This document shows, piece after piece, positions 16,801-22,065 of a stretch of DNA of 22,065 bases. The stretch's first letter is position 1. Every line of letters begins with the position of its first letter. The stretch lies in NCBI GenBank assembly GCA_019057865.1, contig JAHLWP010000052.1, positions 1 through 22,065 of the forward strand, given 5' to 3'. Made by a program: the position numbers and the translations under genes. Below the pieces are notes generated by a model, which was given only the letters and a program-made list of their open reading frames with translations, had not been told where the DNA came from and did no database searches. Origin of the DNA: Promethearchaeota archaeon (GTDB lineage Archaea > Asgardarchaeota > Lokiarchaeia > Sigyniarchaeales > SOKP01).

Positions 16801-16914
16801 TTGCTTTAATGCACTTTCAATTGCAATTTTCAAATCTTCTTCATTATCAGATTTGCTTGTTGCCTTTTGGAATGATTCATATATTTGTTTTAGATCATTT
16901 ACGTTATAACTCAT
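13807..16914 (-). CDS. Type IIG-like fused restriction-modification enzyme (endonuclease + N6-adenine methyltransferase + target recognition domain)
   Basis: N-terminal RGRIDALYGFLIVEYESP (PD-(D/E)xK-like, E at the K position); LGEFYTP; motif I ILDPTCGSGTFL; motif IV IIGNPPW; C-terminal TaqI-like TRD region (YPLIRGRD). Confidence 0.9.
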   Translation of the reverse strand: MSYNVNDLKQIYESFQKATSKSDNEEDLKIAIESALKQFFEKYGITIEPKYEKSVFRGRIDALYGFLIVEYESPKAMDGISVRNHAISQVKDYINKLAKEIKVKKESLFGIALDGKNIIYIRWRDNWIISRMYEINLRSMPQLLEFFRGLYREPLTSKSLTRFLGITSDICKKMMKELIKCLKNRKVIHTEILFNEWKKFYNESCGYDFKNPKIKLINFAKKFGLTKNETAECIFCLQTYFSLILTLLASEIVSLRTVAAFEGYLEYLLNCSKDELKRNFDNMIEGGIFENLGINNFLEGDFFWWFTEEWTLTLEESIINALERLNKYEPASSSVYEGNIEDVLKELYEDLIPREIRHDLGEFYTPNWIAEYIINNININKDTRILDPTCGSGTFLIQSIHKYINKFSSTIEESELLDRITKSFKGIDLNPIATITARTNYLLAIKELISFSKGSIFIPIYLSDSIASTKQRTLVGDTYIMSTTVGNFDIPNVFIESNHRLIFFQILEECIKLECNFNEFRDRLKKYFPEDQLQYLRNLYQKFLELEKEGKNRIWTRLLVNIFAPFTIGKFDYIIGNPPWIAWENLPKGYRKNTQNLWKKYYLFSLKSGTEAQLGGGKKDIAMLFVHRCIDFYLKEGGELIFLITQTVFQSVKTGEGFRKFRISAKEFFNVWKVDDINKLKAFHATNKAAIIYCKKGEKTEYPINYNIWSKKEKVNLTDNSLLYKDVKSKVKLEKFLAMPSSKKTGSPWAIFSAANKKFPELVKKYSGSSPYLGKAGVTTWMNGVYYVKILQTYPDGKILIENLNTIGKKKVQLVRAKIEPDLVYPLIRGRDVGIWELNHTDNIYIIITNDPATRKAIPLSRMKVEYPKTYNYLLKFKEVLITRSGYKKYFRSKGPFYAIYNVEKRLFYPYRIFWSEMGEFGCVVVQKINDQYLGEKLPMTNNKNMYIPFNDENKAYFVASIMNYSEVRDFIQTKKLQTSTTTKLISEMKIPRYNHSNPTHQKVVALAKKINNNKDKLKKDLNLLQNLISEVVGK

Positions 16915-17109
16915 TTTTTTGATAATTGTATACTGTGATTTTGGTCTATCATTATTAATAATTATTATTAAACTTAAATTTATAATGTATGTTAATCGGA
17001 TATTTAAACTCTAATCTTATTAAGTAAATAATTTATTTTTGATTTTTTCTGTTCCTTCTCACACAATTTATTAATATATATTTTCAAATTTTCAAAAGTT
17101 TCACAGAAC

Positions 17110-17532
17110 TTAGTTTGGTAGGAGAATAGAGATATCCAAGTACCATTCAGTTTTACCATCTTCAAAGACAATAAAAGAACCATTGATTTCATAATCAATT
17201 TCAAAATTTTCTTGCAATTCTATAAAGTTTTGAAAGTAAAACATGGAAAATCTCTGTGATTGAAGGCATTTGATTACATTATCAATTATTTGAACTACTT
17301 GCTCTTGCCATATGAACGGAATATGGGTTAATGCATACGTGAGAATCTGAATTTTAGGGAAATCTAAGATATCTTTGGTAGCTTCTTCTATAATTTCAAG
17401 TAATAACGTGGATAACTTTATATTATCGAAAAGTATTACAATTGAGACGTATGATTTAATACCCGAAGCTCCTTCAAATACATGATTTGGATTTTATTCC
17501 GGTAATGTTTCGATTAGTGGGAGTGATAATAT
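17110..17532 (-). pseudogene. Start-less gene remnant with an internal stop, not in the ORF track
   Basis: 127 open codons from 17493 to 17113 (NPNHVFEGASGIKSYVSIVILFD...EWYLDISILLPN*), preceded by an in-frame TAA at 17496-17494 and ILSLPLIETLPE. Confidence 0.5.
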
Positions 17533-17719
17533 TACCAGTTATAAAATAAGAGTATGGGTTGATTGGCCTAAAAATCCACCAAGAGACCCGAAAGGAATTC
17601 AATATACATTTGGGGATTCTGATGGAGATAACCTTACAGACTTATTTGAGATTGATCATGGTCTCAATCCACTCACAAATGATACAGATTCTGATGGGTT
17701 GGATGATTATTATGAGTAA
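17486..17719 (+). pseudogene. Fragment of a protein with thrombospondin type 3-like (TSP3) Ca-binding repeats
   Basis: Open frame lacking an upstream start reads ...GDSDGDNLTDLFEIDHGLNPLTNDTDSDGLDDYYE*, matching the DxDxDxxxDxxE repeat consensus. Confidence 0.75.
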
Positions 17720-17879
17720 CTTCCTTGTAAGAACACAAAGCAGAAATAGATGTTACCCGCCAAAGCGGGCATTTGTTAGTTCCCAAATGTGAACCCTTTC
17801 AGTACCAATATCACTTAATTTCATACTGATAGAATACTGCAATCTGATATTTAAGTGTAGCGGAAATATATTTTCAAGT

Positions 17880-18143
17880 CTATTCACTTAGTATATTATC
17901 TAATACTTCAGGATTCCAAATATAATCACAGATTTTCTGATATAATACCTGTCTAGTATCTAAATCAATCTTCTTAAATTTCTCATGTGCTTCAAAAGGT
18001 AAACCACTTTCTTTTAAAAATTTTAAAAAAGATGGATTTTTATCATAACAATTTTTATTTAGTGATTTTGCGAGTATATTTTGACCAAAATATTCTACAA
18101 CCTTTTTAAATAAGAGTTAAAAGAATAATAATAATCCTATTAA
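17880..18143 (-). pseudogene. C-terminal remnant of a GmrSD-type (DUF262/DUF1524) modification-dependent nuclease
   Basis: Frame 18116-17880 reads KVVEYFGQNILAKSLNKNCYDKNPSFLKFLKESGLPF...KKIDLDTRQVLYQKICDYIWNP. Shifted frames just upstream give IGLLL and FNSY, like the DUF1524 motif IGxLLLL...FNxSY. Confidence 0.6.
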
Positions 18144-18145
18144 AT

Positions 18146-18412
18146 ATGACCAAAAAAATTAAAAAAGCAAAGGAAAATCTTTCAAATCTTCCCTCAAAAG
18201 ACGGGAACTATAATCTTTTTAATAGAAAAGGAGAGATGGTCTATACTGGACAAGGAAACATAAAAGATAGAATCTCTACCCATTCCAATGAGCCAGATAA
18301 ACCATTCACATCATTTACATATAATCTAGAACCTTCTGCTAGAAAACGAAAACAGACCGAGGAACAGAGAATAAAACGTTATAAGCCACCTCTGAATAAA
18401 CAAAAAAAATGA
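18146..18412 (+). CDS. Stand-alone GIY-YIG nuclease domain (UvrC N-terminal-like)
   Basis: LPSKDGNY...GEMVYTGQGNIKDRISTH...EEQRIKRYKPPLN matches LP...GvY...G..iYvG...l..R...E...I....P.yN; TATA-like TTTTTAAATA at 18103-18112. Confidence 0.85.
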   Translation: MTKKIKKAKENLSNLPSKDGNYNLFNRKGEMVYTGQGNIKDRISTHSNEPDKPFTSFTYNLEPSARKRKQTEEQRIKRYKPPLNKQKK

Positions 18413-18531
18413 TTTTAATGAATCTATAAAGATAAAATAAAAATTCTATATTATTAATATTTAAAAAAAGTGAAATTATTGGCTAAGAAACGAATTGGAA
18501 AAGCCAAAAAAGTAAAAAATTAATGGTGGGT

Positions 18532-18816
18532 TTAATGATAACGAAATAAGTCATCGCAATATATATGTTTTTCAAACTTTTCTATATTAAATGATGGTGG
18601 TACATCTTTAAGGAACTTCATAAGTTCTTCTCTTTTCTCTAATATTAATCTAATAATACCATTCTTTTCGCTTTTTGTACGGTCTATGGTCGACCAGCTC
18701 AACGCTTTGCATATATTATTAGCAACATCCATGACAAGTTCATACTCAACAGCATCTTCTATATTAGAATGTTCGGTATTATATTTGGTCTTATATTTTT
18801 TTATTTCTTCGGGCAT
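18532..18816 (-). CDS. Hypothetical protein (about 94 aa; likely start MPEEIKK)
   Basis: ATG at 18816 lies about 26 nt downstream of a BRE-TATA-like element, consistent with a leaderless mRNA. Confidence 0.65.
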   Translation of the reverse strand: MPEEIKKYKTKYNTEHSNIEDAVEYELVMDVANNICKALSWSTIDRTKSEKNGIIRLILEKREELMKFLKDVPPSFNIEKFEKHIYCDDLFRYH

Positions 18817-18841
18817 TATAAATAGAGTTAACAAAACGAGC

Positions 18842-18860
18842 TTTATAAATATTTTTGCCC
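18842..18860 (-). promoter_or_regulatory. Archaeal BRE + TATA box
   Basis: Minus strand reads GGGCAAAAATA-TTTATAAA at canonical distance from ATG 18816. Confidence 0.5.
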
Positions 18861-19108
18861 CTAAATAAAAAAATAATAAAAAAATTAGGATTTAAGATAT
18901 CGAATTATCAATTCTAGTTTATCGGTAGGAAGAGCAGATTCTTTTTTAAGTAAATATAAGACAAGAATTAAAGGATAAAATTTGATATTCTAAAGTTAAG
19001 TTTTCAATTTCTTTAAAATTTTTTATATAAATTCTTTTATTTCTTTTATTTTCTGATTTTTTATTTATAAATACTCAACATTAGTTTATTCAATTAAAAT
19101 TAAAAAAA

Positions 19109-21265
19109 TTGGTGATAATAGTAAAACCCGAATTTTATCATGCTGTTATAAAAATAACTCAAGTTCCCAATGTGAATAATAAAAGTGAAGATAACATATC
19201 GTGGTTATGTGACCCTTTTATCGACGGTTATGTATATGGTACCAAATTTACAATAGACAATGAATATTTTTCATGGAAATTCTTTATAAAAGAAAACTCC
19301 AAAGGAGAAGCTCTCAAGAGTGGGTATAAATTTTTGGATTATTTAAAAGAAATATATCCAGGATTATCAGGAAATGTGAAAGTAAAACCAATATACTCCA
19401 AAAAATTAAATGAAAAGAAAATCTTTTTCGAGGTTGTACTCCCAACACCCCCATTCAATAAAAAGGTAAGTCTTTTTAAAAAAATCCTTAATCTTTTTAC
19501 CTTTAATAACAGACACTCAATTAAAATATATGTTTTATGGCAAAAAGATGACTCTATCTTAGGAGGGGGTATTGAAGAGACAGAATTAGAAAAGGAATAT
19601 AAGCTTGATGAAAATTATAAAATAAAAATTTTTGTTTCTATAATGCCAAATTTCGATGAAAATTTAGATAATGAAGAACAAATGCAAAAACTGAAAGGAC
19701 ACATAGAATATTTAACAACAGATATCCGCAATACCAATGGTGTGAAAGCTTTCATTAAACAGGCATCAAATGAGACATGGGAAAACATATTAAATGGAAG
19801 ACCTTTCTGGAAGAACATTTTAGGTAAGGTAACAGGAAGGTATTATAGAGGTATTCAGGATCAAATTTCAGAAGATAAAATGCCTGGATTTGTGAATCCA
19901 GAAATTGTGGATTTTGAAATTCCTGAACATATACTAATTGATAAAGCAATTCATGTAAGAAATGAAAATATAAGTTTTACTCAAAGACCTAATAAAAATG
20001 ATATATCTCTTGGGTATTATATAAGTCGTGGAGTAATAACGAAAAGAATTGCTACCCTCCCAGTTAATGATCTCGCTCGTCATGCTCATATAGGAGGTAA
20101 AACAGGAGTTGGAAAAACCAGTTTTATAAATTCATTACAGTGTGAGATATCTAAAAAAAATCCTAAATGTGGAGTTTTGATCATGGGTCTGAGGAAAAGT
20201 AAAGAAGATATTCCCTATAATTTGGATATAACATTAAGATATGGAGATCCAGATTTTAGAGTTCCCTATTTTTTTAAAGGAGAAAATCTCGAGGTTACAT
20301 TTGAACAAACAGCAGCCTTAATAGTATCCTCAATGGGATTAAAACAACCAGTTGACCATGCCATGTACAATGTAATGCTTGAATATTTTAAAGAAAATAA
20401 AGATGTTCCACCGTCATTGAAGTCTTTGTTTGGAAAACTTCTTAATTGGTTTAAAGCCCATCCCTATCATAAAAAATACCAGACCAATATCATAAATGCA
20501 ATTAATAATCGTATCCTTAGATGGGTAAAATCTCCAATCTTAGATAAGATAACAAGATTACCTTCTATCAAACCGTATTGGTTTATTGAATGGATGAATG
20601 GTAAAAACGTTTTCATTGATATATCTGAATCTATTTGTAATAAATTTATGAAAAAACTATTAATCAATTTAATATTTCAGATGATACGAATTTTTTTTCC
20701 AGAAATTAAAACTAATGTATTAAGGAACTTAGTTATTTTAGATGAAGTGGGAGTTATCTTAAAAAGACCCTCTACTAATATAGCTCGTGATGATGATTTT
20801 GTATCACAATATTTTCTAGAAGAAGTATTTTGTAATTTCTTAGAATCGTTTAGAAGTAGAGGAATTGGTCTTATAACTACTGCTCAACTACCCTCTCAAC
20901 TATTCGAATCGATATATACCCTTCCAAATATTCATATTTTATTTACATTAGGACATAGTTGTACTAAATTATTTACGAATGACAGAGAAGAACAAGATTC
21001 CCTAATGCTTTTAGGAAAAAGAAAGGCGATAGTAAAAGATGGGATTAATAGCCGAAATTTTGCAATTTATACCATAGATTTTGATTATGAGAAAGTACCA
21101 TCCCAGTCTATAAAGAATCCCGAGAAGTTATGCCCTTTATGTTATAATTACATAGAGTCTTATGAAAATTTTTGTAGTGCCTGTGGGATTCCCTTAAATT
21201 CAGATTCTAAGTTAAGCATTGATAATCTAGATGAAGATTCTACTAAACTTAAAGAGAAAAATTGA
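19109..21265 (+). CDS. HerA/FtsK/VirB4-superfamily (DUF87) ATPase with a C-terminal double-CxxC zinc ribbon
   Basis: RHAHIGGKTGVGKT (Walker A), LVILDE (Walker B), FRSRGIGLITTAQLPS (arginine finger and conserved Gln), CPLC...CSACG. Confidence 0.9.
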   Translation: MVIIVKPEFYHAVIKITQVPNVNNKSEDNISWLCDPFIDGYVYGTKFTIDNEYFSWKFFIKENSKGEALKSGYKFLDYLKEIYPGLSGNVKVKPIYSKKLNEKKIFFEVVLPTPPFNKKVSLFKKILNLFTFNNRHSIKIYVLWQKDDSILGGGIEETELEKEYKLDENYKIKIFVSIMPNFDENLDNEEQMQKLKGHIEYLTTDIRNTNGVKAFIKQASNETWENILNGRPFWKNILGKVTGRYYRGIQDQISEDKMPGFVNPEIVDFEIPEHILIDKAIHVRNENISFTQRPNKNDISLGYYISRGVITKRIATLPVNDLARHAHIGGKTGVGKTSFINSLQCEISKKNPKCGVLIMGLRKSKEDIPYNLDITLRYGDPDFRVPYFFKGENLEVTFEQTAALIVSSMGLKQPVDHAMYNVMLEYFKENKDVPPSLKSLFGKLLNWFKAHPYHKKYQTNIINAINNRILRWVKSPILDKITRLPSIKPYWFIEWMNGKNVFIDISESICNKFMKKLLINLIFQMIRIFFPEIKTNVLRNLVILDEVGVILKRPSTNIARDDDFVSQYFLEEVFCNFLESFRSRGIGLITTAQLPSQLFESIYTLPNIHILFTLGHSCTKLFTNDREEQDSLMLLGKRKAIVKDGINSRNFAIYTIDFDYEKVPSQSIKNPEKLCPLCYNYIESYENFCSACGIPLNSDSKLSIDNLDEDSTKLKEKN

Positions 21266-21308
21266 TTAATGAGCGATTTTATCAATATAATTTTAGAGGA
21301 GATTATCT

Positions 21309-22065
21309 ATTAGTGAATCTGGTGAGGAATACAATGAAGGAGAAACGGAAAATGAATCAGATGGTGATGGTGAGGAGGAATTTGATCCAGATGAAGATCA
21401 TGATTGGAGTGATAATTTTGATCCAGATGAAGATCATGATTGGAGTGATAATTTTGATCCCAATGAAGAATATGACTGGGGTGAAGAAAATGATAATGAT
21501 CAAGACACAACATCTGATAGTAATGATGATGGGGAAACCACATCTGATAATAATGAGGATAAGAATGATGAGGAGGATATAAACGATACTTATCACCCAA
21601 ATCAAGGGAGGAGCGGAACTGTAACAGTTATGCTACCTCCTGAAACTGAATCAGTAGAAGAAAATACTAATGAATCTGTTGATAGTCCTGAAGAAGAATC
21701 CGAACAAGAAGAAATCCCAGATGCAGAGAATGATTGGGAGCTTGCTGGCGACGAAATACCAGGGATCCCGATTCCAGATGACTGGGTTGAAGAAGTAAAT
21801 GAACCTGATCAAGAACCTGATCAATGGCCTGATGGAGATTGGGTGGATCCTGAAGATCTAGCTGGTGAGGAAATATCAGAGATTCCAATTCCTGATGATT
21901 GGGTTGAAGACGTAAGTGAACCTGATCAAGAACCTGATCAATGGCCTGATGGAGACTGGGCAGATCCTGAAGATCTAGCTAGTGAGGAAATATCGGAGAT
22001 TCCAATTCCTGATGATTGGGTTGAGGTTGTAGAGGAACCAGATCAAGAACCTGAAAATATTCCTG
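21309..22065 (+). CDS. Highly acidic, Trp/Pro-repeat, low-complexity protein (incomplete at the window end; not in the ORF track)
   Basis: Frame open from 21297 to the end: SESGEEYNEGETENESDGDGEEEFDPDEDHDWSDN...IPIPDDWVEEVNEPDQEPDQWPDGDW. GAGGAG at 21296-21301 precedes ATT 21309; the first in-frame ATG is at 21630. Confidence 0.8.
   Translation, partial: MSESGEEYNEGETENESDGDGEEEFDPDEDHDWSDNFDPDEDHDWSDNFDPNEEYDWGEENDNDQDTTSDSNDDGETTSDNNEDKNDEEDINDTYHPNQGRSGTVTVMLPPETESVEENTNESVDSPEEESEQEEIPDAENDWELAGDEIPGIPIPDDWVEEVNEPDQEPDQWPDGDWVDPEDLAGEEISEIPIPDDWVEDVSEPDQEPDQWPDGDWADPEDLASEEISEIPIPDDWVEVVEEPDQEPENIP
21381..21488 (+). repeat. 36-bp coding tandem repeat (FDPDEDHDWSDN x2 plus one degenerate copy)
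   Basis: tttgatccagatgaagatcatgattggagtgataat is identical at 21381 and 21417; third variant at 21453. Confidence 0.9.
21741..22055 (+). repeat. 117-bp coding tandem repeat (39 aa, about 2.7 copies)
   Basis: Units start at 21741, 21858 and 21975 and read approximately LAG(D/E)EI(PG/SE)IPIPDDWVE...EPDQEPDQWPDGDW(V/A)DPED. Confidence 0.9.

Noticed and set aside
17004-17204. 66-aa minus-strand ORF
   Set aside because: Overlaps, out of frame, the longer and more protein-like remnant at 17110-17493.
17559-17792. 77-aa plus-strand ORF
   Set aside because: Out-of-frame reading of the TSP3-repeat fragment; its Met/Ile richness comes from shifted GAT codons.
18686-20667. ORFs at 18686 (+), 19615, 19755 and 20467 (-)
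   Set aside because: Antisense shadows of real genes.
19109-21265. Core herA of the nurA-mre11-rad50 repair operon
   Set aside because: None of the partner genes are adjacent, and the long N-terminal region plus zinc ribbon indicate an accessory paralogue.
21262-21888. Met-rich ORF 21262..21582, His-rich ORF 21310..21600, Ile-rich ORF 21357..21605 and ORF 21667..21888
   Set aside because: Alternative-frame artefacts of GAT/GAA-rich DNA encoding the acidic protein; the His-rich 'metal-binding' appearance is spurious.
1-22065. Integrase, transposase, tRNA or rRNA
   Set aside because: None recognisable in the window, so mobile-element boundaries cannot be called.

Overview
Very AT-rich window (roughly 25-30% GC by eye) that looks archaeal: GGTG(A)/GGAG ribosome-binding sites, TTTA(T/A)A TATA boxes, a HerA/DUF87 ATPase with a zinc ribbon and TSP3 repeats. 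An Asgard (Lokiarchaeia-like) origin is my inference. It reads as a defence/accessory island. Left (1-3.6 kb): an 85-bp-period repeat, a Regnase/Zc3h12a-like PIN RNase, two broken Swt1-like HEPN genes, an HExxH metalloprotease and a eukaryote-style tandem C2H2 zinc-finger array. Centre (3.7-16.9 kb, all minus strand): a type IIG restriction-modification enzyme, a 1352-aa Ser/Thr kinase fused to a long helical region, and a tightly coupled five-gene operon. The operon is: unknown - four-Cys, apparently inactive Cas4/Dna2-like protein - UPF1/Dna2-type SF1 helicase - unknown - ComF-type phosphoribosyltransferase. It is the best candidate for an undescribed system, and its two Dna2-like halves are strongly lysine-depleted (about 2% Lys against about 10% in the two downstream genes). 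Right (17-22 kb): pseudogene fragments missed by the ORF track (TSP3 repeat, GmrSD/DUF1524-like C-terminus), a stand-alone GIY-YIG gene, the HerA-like ATPase, and an acidic Trp-repeat protein that runs off the window end. All family calls come from motif recognition by eye; no searches were run.
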